Shown: positions 1-10,109, counted from the first letter of the stretch. The stretch: 64,000 bases of DNA from Candidatus Omnitrophota bacterium (GCA_023818895.1 JAMWCX010000001.1:75539-139538), one strand, 5' to 3'. The notes: generated from the sequence alone by a model not told the origin. Numbers and translations: made by a program.

Positions 1-662
1 AGCGTTTTAGCTGGTACATAAGGTTTGGCATTAGGAAAGAGAACTTACGTAAGCGTCAGCACGAAAAGCATGAACTAGCCCACTACGCCAAGGCCTGCAC
101 TGATATAGAATATAGATTCCCATTTGGATGGTCAGAGCTCGAGGGGATAGCCAACAGAACTGATTTCGATCTGAAACAACATAGCCGCTTAAGCGGAAAA
201 GAGATAGAATATTTCGATGACGAAACGAAAGAGCGTTATATACCATATGTTATCGAGCCTTCAGGCGGAATAGACCGTTCGATACTGGCGTTTTTATGTG
301 ACGCTTACAGAGAAGAGGAGGTAAGGGGCGAAAAAAGAGTGGTGTTGGGTCTCCATAAGAGCTTGGCGCCGCTTAAGGTGGCAGTGCTGCCGCTTTTAAG
401 AAACCGGCAGGAGATAGTGGAACTGGCCGGCAGGATCACCGATGATCTCAGGGTGCGTATGAGGGTCAAATACGACGATACAGCTTCGATTGGGAGGCTC
501 TACAGGAGGCAGGACGAGATAGGAACGCCATATTGCGTTACGGTGGATGTGGATAGTCTTGCCGACAGAAAGGTCACCGTGCGTGATAGGGATACGATGA
601 AACAAGACAGAATAGACGTGTCGCGGGTTAAGGAATACTTAACAGAAAGGTTGGAGTCATGA
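1..662 (+). CDS. glyQS: Glycyl-tRNA synthetase (alpha2-type), C-terminal part; 5' end lies upstream of the window
   Basis: Frame 3 is open from position 3. The translation (RFGIRKENLRKRQHEKHELAHYAKACTDIEYRFPFGWSELEGIANRTDFDL...YIPYVIEPSGGIDRSILAFL...) matches the catalytic-core end and anticodon-binding domain of class II GlyRS. The stop is at 662. Confidence 0.8.
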   Translation, partial: RFSWYIRFGIRKENLRKRQHEKHELAHYAKACTDIEYRFPFGWSELEGIANRTDFDLKQHSRLSGKEIEYFDDETKERYIPYVIEPSGGIDRSILAFLCDAYREEEVRGEKRVVLGLHKSLAPLKVAVLPLLRNRQEIVELAGRITDDLRVRMRVKYDDTASIGRLYRRQDEIGTPYCVTVDVDSLADRKVTVRDRDTMKQDRIDVSRVKEYLTERLES

Positions 663-3508
663 AGAGCGCGGGAAGTTGGGGTGGCTATTCGGCGGGCGCC
701 GTTTTGGCGCGGCCGAAAGTCGAAAAATTTTCCAAAGGAGCGAAAGGAGCAGGTGTTGCGATGGGCAGTAAGTCTAAAAAGATGGTTTATTTCTTCGGCG
801 GCGGGAGGGCCGACGGTAATGAGTCGATGAAGAACCTTCTGGGCGGCAAGGGCGCGAACCTTGCTGAGATGGCCGGTCATCCGAGTTTAAGGCTTCCGGT
901 CCCTCCCGGTTTTACAGTCACGACCGATGTTTGTATGGCGTATCTTAATAATAACAAGAAATATCCTAAAGAGCTGAGCGCCCAGGTCGAAAAGGCGATG
1001 GCGCAGGTTGAGAAGATAATGGGCAAGAAGTTTGGCGATCCGTCGAACCCCCTTCTTGTATCTGTCCGCTCAGGCGCGCGCAAGTCCATGCCCGGTATGA
1101 TGGAAACTGTCTTAAACGTCGGCCTTACCGAGAAGACCATACCAGGTCTTATTAAGCAAACCGGCAACGAGCGGTTTGTTTACGATGCATACCGAAGGCT
1201 GATTATGATGTATTCGGACGTGGTGATGGAAAAGGCCGCCGGTATAGAGCCGAAGGGCGGCAAGGGCATCAGGAAGATTCTTGATGAGAAACTTGACCAG
1301 CTGAAGCGCTCGAAGGGATACAAGTCGGACACAGATCTTACCGCCGCTGACCTTAAGGCGCTTGTAGTTGATTTTAAGAATACCGTGAAAGATGTGTTAG
1401 GCAAACCATTTCCAGATGATCCCAAAGAGCAGCTTTGGGGTGGTATTGGGGCGGTTTTTTCGAGCTGGAACGGCAAGCGCGCGGTTGAATACCGCAGGAT
1501 AGAGAAGATACCAGACGACTGGGGCACCGCGGTGAATGTGCAGGCAATGGTGTTTGGCAACATGGGCGATGACAGCGCCACAGGGGTGGCGTTCAGCCGC
1601 AATCCAGGTAACGGTGAGCCCAAGTTTTACGGTGAGTACCTTGTAAACGCCCAGGGCGAGGACGTTGTGGCTGGTATACGTACTCCGGCCCCCCTTAACG
1701 AGTATTCCAAGAACGAGCAGTCGAAGCATTTTAAGACCCTCGAAGAGCTCATGCCCTCTATCTACAAAGAGCTTGATACCATTCGGAAGAAACTGGAAAA
1801 GCATTACAAGGACATGCAAGATATCGAGTTTACGATAGAAAGGGGCAAGCTATTCATGCTGCAGTGCCGTGTTGGAAAACGTAATGGCGTTTCGGCGGTG
1901 CGCATGGCTATCGATATGTACAGAGAAAAGCTTATAGACGCCAAGACAGCGCTTATGCGCGTGGCGCCCAACCAACTGGTGGAACTGCTTCTGCCAATGC
2001 TTGACCCGAAGGCCGAAAAAGCCGCCGGCGCGATAGCCAAGGGTTTGCCCGCGGGTCCCGGAGGAGCTGTTGGCAGGGTCGTGTTCACCTCTCACGAAGC
2101 TGTAAAATGGGCGCAGCGCGGCGAGAAGGTTATACTGGTTAGGGAAGAGACTTCTCCGGAAGACGTGGATGGGATGCACAAGGCCCAAGGTATATTGACA
2201 TCCAAAGGCGGCATGACCTCACACGCGGCTTTAGTGGCGCGCGGTTGGGGAAAATGCTGTATAGTCGGCTGTGGTGACATCGAGATTGCCTCTGACAACA
2301 AATCTTTTAGCACCAAAAAGGGGCTGACCATAAAAGAAGGCGACTGGATAAGCCTTAACGGAACGACAGGGCTTGTCTATCAGGGCGAGATTCCGCTTGT
2401 GGATGTTGATATCGAGCATAATAAGTACTATATCGAGCTCATGAAACTTGTAGATAAATTTAAAGCTCTCAAGATTAGAACCAATGCCGACACTCCGAAA
2501 GACGCCGCTCAGGCGCTCAAATTCGGGGCTGAGGGCATAGGGCTTTTCCGCACAGAGCACATGTTCTACGGCGAGAACGCGGATAAGCCGCTTTTCATCC
2601 TTCGTAAGATGATAATGTCGAAGACGCTTGAAGAAAGAAAGAGGGCCCTAGCGGAGCTATTCCCATATGTTAAGAGCGATATCAAGGCGACACTGGAAGA
2701 GATGAAGGGCTACCCCGTTACAATTCGCCTACTTGACCCACCGCTTCACGAGTTCGTCCCGCACAGTGAGGATAAACTCGAAGCCCTCGCCAAGGACCTC
2801 GCCATAGATATGGAGGAACTGCGCAAGAGAGCCGAGTCGCTTAAGGAAAATAACCCGATGCTCGGCCATCGGGGCGTCAGGCTCGGCATAACATATCCGG
2901 AGATAACGGAGATGCAGGTCCGCGCTATTTTTGAGGCCGCGGCGGAGATTATCAAGGAAGGTAAGAAGGCTGTGGTTGAGATAATGGTGCCGGTGACATG
3001 CGCAAAAAACGAGCTTGATAATCAAAAAGTTATCGTGGAGAAGGTATATAACGAGGTCTGCGACAAATTCGGCCTTAAAAATATACCTTACATGTATGGC
3101 ACCATGATCGAAATACCGCGCGCGGCTATACAGGCAGGCAAGATGGCCCAGACGGCAGATTTTTTCTCCTTTGGGACGAATGACCTTACACAGATGACCT
3201 TTGGCTTCAGCCGCGATGATATTGGCAGCTTCTTGCCGGATTATCTTAGTTCGAAGATACTGCCAGCCGATCCGTTTCAGACTGTGGATCAGGACGGAGT
3301 GGGTGAGCTCATCAGTCTTGCCATTGAACGCGGTCGCGCGACGCGTAAAGACCTGAAGGTTGGAATATGCGGCGAACACGGCGGAGACCCAGAAAGCGTT
3401 AAGTTCTGCCACAAGGTGGGAATGAACTATGTCAGCTGCTCACCGTTCCGCGTTCCAATAGCAAGGCTTGCGGCGGCCCAAGCCGCGGTAGAGGAAAAGA
3501 AAAAATAG
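659..3508 (+). CDS. ppdK: Pyruvate phosphate dikinase. The likely true start is the ATG at 761 (MGSKSKKMVYFFGGG), which follows an AGGAG-like ribosome-binding site.
   Basis: 949-aa ORF with the hallmark PPDK motifs: GGKGANLAEM (ATP-grasp), the TSHAAL/GGMTSHAALVARGWGKCC phospho-His region, and a C-terminal PEP-utilising TIM barrel (GTNDLTQ...CGEHGGDP). Confidence 0.9.
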   Translation: MKSAGSWGGYSAGAVLARPKVEKFSKGAKGAGVAMGSKSKKMVYFFGGGRADGNESMKNLLGGKGANLAEMAGHPSLRLPVPPGFTVTTDVCMAYLNNNKKYPKELSAQVEKAMAQVEKIMGKKFGDPSNPLLVSVRSGARKSMPGMMETVLNVGLTEKTIPGLIKQTGNERFVYDAYRRLIMMYSDVVMEKAAGIEPKGGKGIRKILDEKLDQLKRSKGYKSDTDLTAADLKALVVDFKNTVKDVLGKPFPDDPKEQLWGGIGAVFSSWNGKRAVEYRRIEKIPDDWGTAVNVQAMVFGNMGDDSATGVAFSRNPGNGEPKFYGEYLVNAQGEDVVAGIRTPAPLNEYSKNEQSKHFKTLEELMPSIYKELDTIRKKLEKHYKDMQDIEFTIERGKLFMLQCRVGKRNGVSAVRMAIDMYREKLIDAKTALMRVAPNQLVELLLPMLDPKAEKAAGAIAKGLPAGPGGAVGRVVFTSHEAVKWAQRGEKVILVREETSPEDVDGMHKAQGILTSKGGMTSHAALVARGWGKCCIVGCGDIEIASDNKSFSTKKGLTIKEGDWISLNGTTGLVYQGEIPLVDVDIEHNKYYIELMKLVDKFKALKIRTNADTPKDAAQALKFGAEGIGLFRTEHMFYGENADKPLFILRKMIMSKTLEERKRALAELFPYVKSDIKATLEEMKGYPVTIRLLDPPLHEFVPHSEDKLEALAKDLAIDMEELRKRAESLKENNPMLGHRGVRLGITYPEITEMQVRAIFEAAAEIIKEGKKAVVEIMVPVTCAKNELDNQKVIVEKVYNEVCDKFGLKNIPYMYGTMIEIPRAAIQAGKMAQTADFFSFGTNDLTQMTFGFSRDDIGSFLPDYLSSKILPADPFQTVDQDGVGELISLAIERGRATRKDLKVGICGEHGGDPESVKFCHKVGMNYVSCSPFRVPIARLAAAQAAVEEKKK

Positions 3509-3587
3509 GAGAATAGCGTTAGCCGGAAGTGTGTAATCGGATAGTCAACCACTACACGCCGAAGGTAGTGCGCTATAGAAGCTTATA

Positions 3588-4415
3588 ATGGATGCCATAA
3601 GGCTGTATCTAAAAGACATAAAGAAACTTCCACTGCTTACGCCTGAGGAAGAGATAGCGCTTGCCAACAAGATCAGGCGAGGCGATAAACACGCGCGGGC
3701 CAAAATGATACAGTCTAATCTGCGGCTCGTCATAAATATCGCCAAGAAGTATTCCCATCTCGGTGTTTCCATGATGGATCTCATCGAGGAGGGGAACCTC
3801 GGCCTCATGAAGGCCGTTGAGAAATTCAACCCCAAGAAGGGATACCGCTTCTCCACATACGCCGCGTGGTGGATACGCCAGTATATCTCGCGCGCTATCG
3901 CCAACCAGGGCAAGACGGTGCGCATGCCCGTCTACGTAATCGAGCTTCTGATGCGTTTCAAGAAGACCACAGAGCACCTGACAAATTCTCTGAAACGCAA
4001 ACCCCGGCTCAGCGAAGTGGCTAAGCGTATGCGGCTTCCCATGAAGAGGGTGAAGCAGCTCAATAAGATGGTTGCGGGCATATCGAGCCTCAATGCGCCA
4101 GTCGGAGAAGAGGGGTCCACGGAATTTATGGATCTTATCGAGGATGAGAATATTACAACAGCGGCTGATGAGCTTTCGAGCTTCTTCACACAGGAGCGCA
4201 TAAGAAGCCTTCTTGAGAAGATGTCCAAAAGGGAGCAGAAGATACTAAGCCTGCGTTTTGGCCTTAAGGACGGCGTGCCGCATACGCTGAGGGACACGGC
4301 CAAGCATTTCGGCATAACAAGAGAAAGAGTCAGGCAGATAGAATCCGCCGCGATGAAGAAGATGCGAGAGTATATAATACAACAGGAAAAGGAAGCCCTT
4401 GCGAAACACAGGTAA
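3588..4415 (+). CDS. RNA polymerase sigma factor, sigma-70 family (compact, 275 aa; regions 1.2, 2, 3 and 4 are present)
   Basis: Region 2 ([11 protein letters not shown]...[41 protein letters not shown]) and a region-4 helix-turn-helix ([26 protein letters not shown]). Confidence 0.8.
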   Translation: MDAIRLYLKDIKKLPLLTPEEEIALANKIRRGDKHARAKMIQSNLRLVINIAKKYSHLGVSMMDLIEEGNLGLMKAVEKFNPKKGYRFSTYAAWWIRQYISRAIANQGKTVRMPVYVIELLMRFKKTTEHLTNSLKRKPRLSEVAKRMRLPMKRVKQLNKMVAGISSLNAPVGEEGSTEFMDLIEDENITTAADELSSFFTQERIRSLLEKMSKREQKILSLRFGLKDGVPHTLRDTAKHFGITRERVRQIESAAMKKMREYIIQQEKEALAKHR

Positions 4416-4432
4416 GGCCAAAAGAGGAATTT

Positions 4433-4957
4433 ATGAATGAGCTAAAAACTTTTATACGTGACATTCCCGATTTTCCAAAAAAGGGAATAATATTCAAAGA
4501 TATAACGACGCTATTGAAGGACGGCAAGAGATTCAAGCAGGCCGTTGATACCTTCGCGCGGGAGTATAAAGATAAAAAGATCGACCTCATAGTCAGCGTC
4601 GAAGCCAGAGGGTTTATATTCGGCGCGGCGCTTGCTTATAAGCTCGGCGCCGGTATAATACCAGTGCGAAAAAAAGGGAAGCTGCCTTTCAAGACATATG
4701 CCGTAAGCTACGACCTCGAATACGGCAAGGATACTCTCGAGATACATCAGGACGCGATAAGCAAGGGGGATAACGTCCTTATAGTTGACGATCTTCTGGC
4801 CACCGGCGGTACGAGCCGCGCCGTCATAGACCTCATCGAGAAGATAGGCGGAAAAGTCGTGGGGCTGGCGTTTCTCATCGAGCTTCTTCCATTAAAGGGC
4901 CGCGAGAAACTCAAGGACTACAATATAGTTTCGCTTATCAAGGACGAGTATTGCTGA
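4433..4957 (+). CDS. apt: Adenine phosphoribosyltransferase
   Basis: 174 aa. The N-terminus ([18 protein letters not shown]) and the PRPP-binding motif ([13 protein letters not shown]) are typical of Apt. Confidence 0.85.
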   Translation: MNELKTFIRDIPDFPKKGIIFKDITTLLKDGKRFKQAVDTFAREYKDKKIDLIVSVEARGFIFGAALAYKLGAGIIPVRKKGKLPFKTYAVSYDLEYGKDTLEIHQDAISKGDNVLIVDDLLATGGTSRAVIDLIEKIGGKVVGLAFLIELLPLKGREKLKDYNIVSLIKDEYC

Positions 4958-4966
4958 AATTATTCG

Positions 4967-5043
4967 GCCCCTGTAGCTCAGATGGATAGAGCACAGGTTT
5001 CCTAAACCTGGTGTCGCCCGTTCGACTCGGGCCAGGGGCGCCA
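4967..5043 (+). tRNA. tRNA-Arg (anticodon CCT), with an encoded 3' CCA
   Basis: Manual cloverleaf fold: acceptor stem GCCCCTG/CAGGGGC, D arm GCTC-AGATGGATA-GAGC, anticodon stem CAGGT/ACCTG around the loop TTCCTAA (anticodon CCT), T arm GCCCG-TTCGACT-CGGGC, discriminator G, then CCA. Confidence 0.8.
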
Positions 5044-5086
5044 TGAACCGTTCGCAAAAATTTTTGTTCAGGTTCATGGCATAGCC

Positions 5087-5788
5087 ATGACGGCAAATAT
5101 AATGTATAATAAAAATATGAAAAATTCCCAGCTCAAAATGATAGGATTCCACACCCACACGCTCTTCAGCGATGGCGAGCTTTTGCCGAGCGAGATGGTA
5201 AGAAGATCCGAGGCGAAGGGCTATAAAGCGATAGCCCTTACGGACCATGTCGACTCCTCCAATATCGATTTTGTTCTTCCCAGGATAGTAAAAGTCTGCA
5301 GGGTATTGAATAGGCACTGGAAGATCCGTGCCATTCCAGGGGTCGAGATAACCCATGCGCCAATTCAGGAAATTGCGCCTCTTGTCAGGTTCGCAAGAAA
5401 AAGCGGCGCCCGAATAGTTGTTGTCCATGGCGAAACCGTTTCTGAACCGGTCCTTGCCGGCACAAATAAGGCGGCCATCATGGCAGGCTGCGATGTGTTA
5501 GCTCATCCAGGGCTTATATCGGCAGAAGATGTGAAGCTGGCTAAAAAAATGGGGGTGTTTCTTGAGCTCACCACAAGGAAGAACCATTTAAGCCCCAACA
5601 GGCGTCTTGTGGGGCTGGCAAGGGCTACAGGAGCTAAGCTTGTGCTTAATACCGATGCCCATGACGAGGATGATATAGTGACCTACCATCAGGCGATACG
5701 TTTTCTGGCAGCCCTTGGCATGAGAAACGATGAGATCGCCGGCGTATTCAGGAATTCAGAGGAATTATTAAAAAGATTAAAAATTTAG
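5087..5788 (+). CDS. PHP-domain metal-dependent phosphoesterase (histidinol-phosphatase-like). The start codon is uncertain; alternative in-frame ATGs lie at about 5117 and 5138.
   Basis: The motifs IGFHTHTLFSDGELLP and ALTDHVD are typical of the PHP/TIM-barrel phosphoesterase family. Confidence 0.6.
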   Translation: MTANIMYNKNMKNSQLKMIGFHTHTLFSDGELLPSEMVRRSEAKGYKAIALTDHVDSSNIDFVLPRIVKVCRVLNRHWKIRAIPGVEITHAPIQEIAPLVRFARKSGARIVVVHGETVSEPVLAGTNKAAIMAGCDVLAHPGLISAEDVKLAKKMGVFLELTTRKNHLSPNRRLVGLARATGAKLVLNTDAHDEDDIVTYHQAIRFLAALGMRNDEIAGVFRNSEELLKRLKI

Positions 5789-5824
5789 GATGTTAAAAGT
5801 TAGAAATAAAAAAGCCATTTTTAC

Positions 5825-5852
5825 TTGACAATTTTATATCCTGTGATATACT
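5825..5852 (+). promoter_or_regulatory. Sigma-70-type promoter candidate: TTGACA, a 16-nt spacer, then TATACT
   Basis: A near-consensus -35 hexamer (5825-5830) and -10 hexamer (5847-5852) sit in the 296-bp intergenic region upstream of the outer-membrane-protein gene. Confidence 0.4.
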
Positions 5853-6084
5853 TTATACACTACCGCGAGGTAGAGCGCCTATAACACCATAGACGACTTG
5901 AATCTTGGCGAAAGAGGAGGTGGTGGAACAAAATAGCCTAGAGTTGTCACGACGTGGTGATATAGATAAAAAGTAAAACGAAATATATAGCGGGCTTGAA
6001 GGATCATGTTGGGCATCAGTGATTGAAAGCCCACGATTATAATATAGGATTTCAAAGTCGTTTATTCAATTTAAAGGAGGTAGC

Positions 6085-7623
6085 ATGAGGTTTTTAAAAG
6101 TCGCTTTTGTAATGGCGATTGCTCTCTGCCTCACCGCGAGCGTCTACGCCGAGACCCAGAGCGTTAAGGTCAGCGGAGACCTCACGATCAGAGGATTGAT
6201 GAGAGACAATTATGATCTGCGGTATGTGACGAACTCGACTGAAACAATCGGTGGAGTTGTCACAAGTTTTGCCCAGGATGGTGGCGGGCTGACCGGTGTC
6301 GGTACCTATCCTGGTGCTAACCAGGCATGGTGGATGAGCCAGACAGAGGTTCAGGTGGATGCTGAGCTTACTGACTGCGTATCCGCTTGTGTCAGGATAG
6401 CGAATGAAAGAGACTGGAACGTTCAGAATAAAGTAATCGTAAACCAAAACACCGCTTTATGGCCTAACGGATTCGGAGGATGGGCTACGCCAGATGGCGA
6501 TGCGGAAGAGTTTGAAATAGAGCTCGACCTTGCGTATGTGACGCTGAAGAATTTCATCTATCAGCCTCTCACAGTCACAATCGGCCGTCAGGATCTCTGG
6601 TTCGGTAAAGGATTCATCGTCGGCTCAAATCAGTTGTATAACAACTGGCTAAGAAGCAATCAGATGTTGAATGCGCCAGAATACACGCTGAATACGGCCT
6701 TCGATGCTTTCAAGGCGGTATTGGATTACGATCCATGGACTATCACGGGTGTCTATGCAGCGATACTTACCAACTCTATCGCATGGGATGACGGCGTGAG
6801 TCTTTGGGGTATAAACGTCGGCTATAAGTTTGACTGCTATAAGGCAGAAGCCGAGGCCTACTGGTTTGCCAAGATCGACAATTCGGTTGAGACATACCGT
6901 GGCGCAAGAGGCAGCCAGACCCACACCATTGGCGCCAGAGGCAGCATGGATCCAATAGAGAATCTGACTGTAAGCGGCGAATTGGCCCTGCAGTTCGGAA
7001 ATTACATCGGTTCCCGTTTTCAGCCAGATGAAAGAGATCGTAGCGCATGGGCTATGGATATTGGAGCCGAGTACAGGGGCTTCATGGATAAGTTGGCATG
7101 GAAGCCGAAAGTTGCTGCCGAGTACATCCTGTATTCCGGCAATACCAACAACGCAGATAATCAGGTTGCTGCCACCGATACCTTCGGCGGCTGGGACCCG
7201 ATGTTCCGCGGTAAGTTTGACTCAGCTATCCGCGAATTCGTCGGCATGTATTACGCGACCTATGATTATCCGGCCAACCCGCTTACAGTACAGTCGGTTC
7301 CGGATGCCTCATTTACCAACCAGCAGCAGGTAGTATTCTCCGGCAGCTTACAGCCGATGGATTGCCTGACGCTAAAGGGTAACTATAACCTGTTCTGGAC
7401 CTACACCGACTATACCAGAACATGGGCTGCGCCGAGCAATGACAAGCGCGGTGGCTATATCGGTTCAGAGTTGGATCTCCAGGCTATATGGGACTACACA
7501 GAAGACGTGAGCTTTGGTGTCCTTGCGGCTTGGTTCTATCCTGGCTTTGGCGGTGCATACGATCCGCAGAATGTCAACGCTACGGTTTCCGATATCGTTG
7601 GAACCGTGAAGATAAGCTTCTAA
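6085..7623 (+). CDS. Secreted protein, probable outer-membrane beta-barrel or porin-like protein
   Basis: It has an N-terminal signal peptide (MRFLKVAFVMAIALCLTASVYA|ET), is rich in aromatic and Gly residues in alternating stretches, and ends in VKISF with a terminal Phe, the usual outer-membrane-protein signature. LpxA in the same window argues for a diderm envelope. Confidence 0.5.
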   Translation: MRFLKVAFVMAIALCLTASVYAETQSVKVSGDLTIRGLMRDNYDLRYVTNSTETIGGVVTSFAQDGGGLTGVGTYPGANQAWWMSQTEVQVDAELTDCVSACVRIANERDWNVQNKVIVNQNTALWPNGFGGWATPDGDAEEFEIELDLAYVTLKNFIYQPLTVTIGRQDLWFGKGFIVGSNQLYNNWLRSNQMLNAPEYTLNTAFDAFKAVLDYDPWTITGVYAAILTNSIAWDDGVSLWGINVGYKFDCYKAEAEAYWFAKIDNSVETYRGARGSQTHTIGARGSMDPIENLTVSGELALQFGNYIGSRFQPDERDRSAWAMDIGAEYRGFMDKLAWKPKVAAEYILYSGNTNNADNQVAATDTFGGWDPMFRGKFDSAIREFVGMYYATYDYPANPLTVQSVPDASFTNQQQVVFSGSLQPMDCLTLKGNYNLFWTYTDYTRTWAAPSNDKRGGYIGSELDLQAIWDYTEDVSFGVLAAWFYPGFGGAYDPQNVNATVSDIVGTVKISF

Positions 7624-7644
7624 GTTAGCATAGTATCGCAAAAA

Positions 7645-7675
7645 ACCCCGTCCCAAAAGGGCGGGGTTTTTTGTT
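7645..7675 (+). terminator. Rho-independent terminator
   Basis: The sequence AAAAACCCCGTCCC-AAAA-GGGCGGGGTTTTTTG is a GC-rich hairpin followed by a T-tract, directly after the stop of the outer-membrane-protein gene. Confidence 0.6.
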
Positions 7676-7760
7676 TAGTACAGATAACGGCTTGAATAGT
7701 ATTGACTTTTAGCCCGGCCGTAAATATAATCTAACACATAAATAATGTAAGGAGGCGAAT

Positions 7761-8093
7761 GTGCCGGAAGATTACAAATATGACGAAAAAGAGGTCCTGG
7801 AAGGAAAACCCTACGCCATTCTCGCTTATCTGTGGATCCTGTGCCTTATACCTTTATTATTAAAAAAGGATAATAAGTTCGCTCTTTTTCACGCAAAGCA
7901 GGGGCTCGTTCTTTTTATTGGCGAGATAATTATTGGGATAGTGGGCATTATACCCTTCATAGGATGGCTGATAGCCTTTTTCGGAACGATACTTTTCAGC
8001 GTCTTGTCGCTTATCGGCATAGTGCAGGCCTTAAATGGTAAGTACTGGAAGATGCCAGTTGTCTTTGATATAGCTGAACCGATCAAGTTCTGA
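7761..8093 (+). CDS. Small membrane protein, DUF4870-like. It starts with GTG, preceded by an AGGAGG ribosome-binding site.
   Basis: The pattern AYLWILCLIPLLLKKDNKFALFHAKQG followed by two further hydrophobic helices is characteristic of DUF4870-type proteins. Confidence 0.45.
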   Translation: MPEDYKYDEKEVLEGKPYAILAYLWILCLIPLLLKKDNKFALFHAKQGLVLFIGEIIIGIVGIIPFIGWLIAFFGTILFSVLSLIGIVQALNGKYWKMPVVFDIAEPIKF

Positions 8094-8094
8094 G

Positions 8095-8871
8095 ATGAAG
8101 CGAAGGAAATTAGCCGGAGTGGCCGGCGTCTCGGCGGCGTTTGTGATAATGGCCCTTTTGGCAATGGCGATGTATTTCACCTCTGCGCGCAAAAAAGAGC
8201 CTGTTGCCACTATAGTCGAGAAAAAAGTTGAGGCTGAGATTGTTAAGAAGCCAGCTTTGCCTCTACATATTGTTAAGTGGTTCCCTTTCTCAGAAAAGGA
8301 TTCTCTCAAGGAGTGGGAGGAGAAGATATTCAAAGGCAGGGTCCTTTACAAGGTGGAGAAAAGCGGCGATCTTTCGTATGTGCGCGCCAGAAGCGACGCG
8401 GCGGCCTCGGCCTTGTATTACAGGATAAAACTCGATGCCAGGAATAATAAGCCGGCGCTGACATGGAAGTGGCGGGTCGATAAGTTTCCTGAAAAAAAAG
8501 CTCCCGAGAGTCTTGAGACAGAGAAAGAAGACGATTTTGCGGCAAGGGTTTATGTGATATTCCCTGCCGCATTCATAACGAATTATAAGGTGCTAGAATA
8601 CGTCTGGGCCGAAAAGCTGCCTGTCGGCACGACAGGCACAAGCCCTTATTCGAAAAATATAAAGCTCATGGTATTGAGGAGTGGGCTTGCTGCAGATGGT
8701 GTTTGGAGTCTTGAAGAGCGCGACATAGTTGCAGATTACAAGAGGATGTTTGGAACAAGCCCGGAGAAGGATATCGGAGCCGTCGCTTTTATGACCAATA
8801 CCGAGCATACGGGCACAAGCGCCGAGGCGACATACGATGAGATCAGGCTCGGTTATATAGATCGGAAGTGA
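8095..8871 (+). CDS. Hypothetical protein, possibly DUF3047 family, with an N-terminal membrane anchor
   Basis: 258 aa with one N-terminal transmembrane helix followed by a globular domain. The family assignment is made from memory of DUF3047 proteins and is weak. Confidence 0.35.
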   Translation: MKRRKLAGVAGVSAAFVIMALLAMAMYFTSARKKEPVATIVEKKVEAEIVKKPALPLHIVKWFPFSEKDSLKEWEEKIFKGRVLYKVEKSGDLSYVRARSDAAASALYYRIKLDARNNKPALTWKWRVDKFPEKKAPESLETEKEDDFAARVYVIFPAAFITNYKVLEYVWAEKLPVGTTGTSPYSKNIKLMVLRSGLAADGVWSLEERDIVADYKRMFGTSPEKDIGAVAFMTNTEHTGTSAEATYDEIRLGYIDRK

Positions 8872-8874
8872 TAA

Positions 8875-9315
8875 TTGATGCGAGCTAAGTTTTTCAGGAC
8901 AAAATATCTTACCGGAAGCCGTATCCAGATGCGCTATCTTGGGCTTCTCATGATATCCATGATAATCCCCATGATATTCCTCGGCGGATGTCTCTATTAC
9001 CTTATATTTACACTTTTGGCCGAACAGATAGGAATACCCGAATACATAGCCCATAACCTTTTTCCTGTTGTTAACAAGATCAATCTCATGCTTCTTGTCG
9101 GCGTGCCGCCTCTTATCGGCATCCTTGTCCTGTGGGGCATAGTGCTTTCCCACAGGTTTGCAGGCCCGCTTGAGCGGCTTGAGGATGAGCTTAAAAAGAT
9201 CACGGAAAAGGAGAATTATAAGCACAGGATACTATTGAGAAAGAGGGACGACGTCAGGCCGATAGCTGATGCGGTTAATAAGCTGCTTGATAAAATAGAG
9301 GAAAAAAGAAGATGA
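8875..9315 (+). CDS. Small two-transmembrane protein with a HAMP-like C-terminal amphipathic segment
   Basis: Two hydrophobic helices, then ...RFAGPLERLEDELKKI... It ends 1 nt before the lpxA start, which suggests co-transcription. Confidence 0.4.
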   Translation: MMRAKFFRTKYLTGSRIQMRYLGLLMISMIIPMIFLGGCLYYLIFTLLAEQIGIPEYIAHNLFPVVNKINLMLLVGVPPLIGILVLWGIVLSHRFAGPLERLEDELKKITEKENYKHRILLRKRDDVRPIADAVNKLLDKIEEKRR

Positions 9316-10109
9316 GCCAAATAAGCAACCAGGCGGTAGTAAGCAAGAAGGCAAGGATCGGCGAGAGGGTTGAGATCGGCCCATTTGCCATAATCGAGGA
9401 TGATGTTGAAATAGGCGCCGGCGTCAAGATCTGGCCGCATGCGTACATAGCGGGCGGCACATCCATAGGGGAGGGTTCCCAGATACATATGGGCGCTGTG
9501 GTGGGTCATCTTCCGCAAGACTTGGCGTTCAAAAATACGAAGACATTTTGCAAGATAGGAAAAAATACAGTTATACGTGAGTACGCCACTATTCACAGAG
9601 GAACCGAGGAGGGTTCTGAGACCACGGTGGGGGACAACTGTTATCTAATGGCCGTTTCTCACGTCGGACATAACTGCCATATAGGCAATAATGTCATACT
9701 CGCCAACTGTGCCCTTTTGGCCGGCCATGTTACTGTCGGCGACCACGTATTCATATCCGGCAATGTGGTTGTTCATCAGTTCTGCCGCATCGGTACCGCC
9801 GCTATCATAGGTGGATTTACCGGCATAAATAAAGATGTGCCGCCGTATATGCTTGTGAGGGGGCCTTCTGTTGTGCGCGGCGTGAACCTTGTAGGATTGA
9901 GGAGGCTTAAATTCTCGAGAGAGGCGATAAAGACGATAAACGAAGCTTACCGGCTTTTGTACAAGTCAGATATGAACACCGCCCAGGCGATAGAGGCGAT
10001 GAGGAAGCTGGGCCCGTCCAAAGAGATAGATAACCTGATCAATTTTATTCAGGGATCCAAGAGAGGCATCTGCAAGTATAAGTATAGTGATGATGAATAT
10101 TTCGAATAG
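9312..10109 (+). CDS. lpxA: UDP-N-acetylglucosamine O-acyltransferase (first step of lipid A synthesis)
   Basis: The protein consists of left-handed beta-helix hexapeptide repeats, with the LpxA-specific segments MAVSHVGHNCHIGNNVILAN and VRGVNLVGLRRLKFSREAIK. Confidence 0.85.
   Translation: MSQISNQAVVSKKARIGERVEIGPFAIIEDDVEIGAGVKIWPHAYIAGGTSIGEGSQIHMGAVVGHLPQDLAFKNTKTFCKIGKNTVIREYATIHRGTEEGSETTVGDNCYLMAVSHVGHNCHIGNNVILANCALLAGHVTVGDHVFISGNVVVHQFCRIGTAAIIGGFTGINKDVPPYMLVRGPSVVRGVNLVGLRRLKFSREAIKTINEAYRLLYKSDMNTAQAIEAMRKLGPSKEIDNLINFIQGSKRGICKYKYSDDEYFE

Noticed and set aside
659-760. N-terminal 34-aa extension of ppdK in the ORF track
   Set aside because: PPDK proteins begin near ...KKxVYxF.... 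The ATG at 761 has an upstream AGGAG-like ribosome-binding site, whereas the ATG at 659 overlaps the glyQS stop and adds a non-conserved Gly/Ala-rich leader.
2729-3412. 227-aa minus-strand ORF inside ppdK
   Set aside because: It is antisense to a highly conserved PPDK coding region and is spurious.
8593-9225. 210-aa minus-strand ORF
   Set aside because: It overlaps the 3' end of the DUF3047-like gene and the whole small membrane-protein gene on the opposite strand. The + strand genes are tightly packed and translationally coupled to lpxA, so this ORF is spurious.
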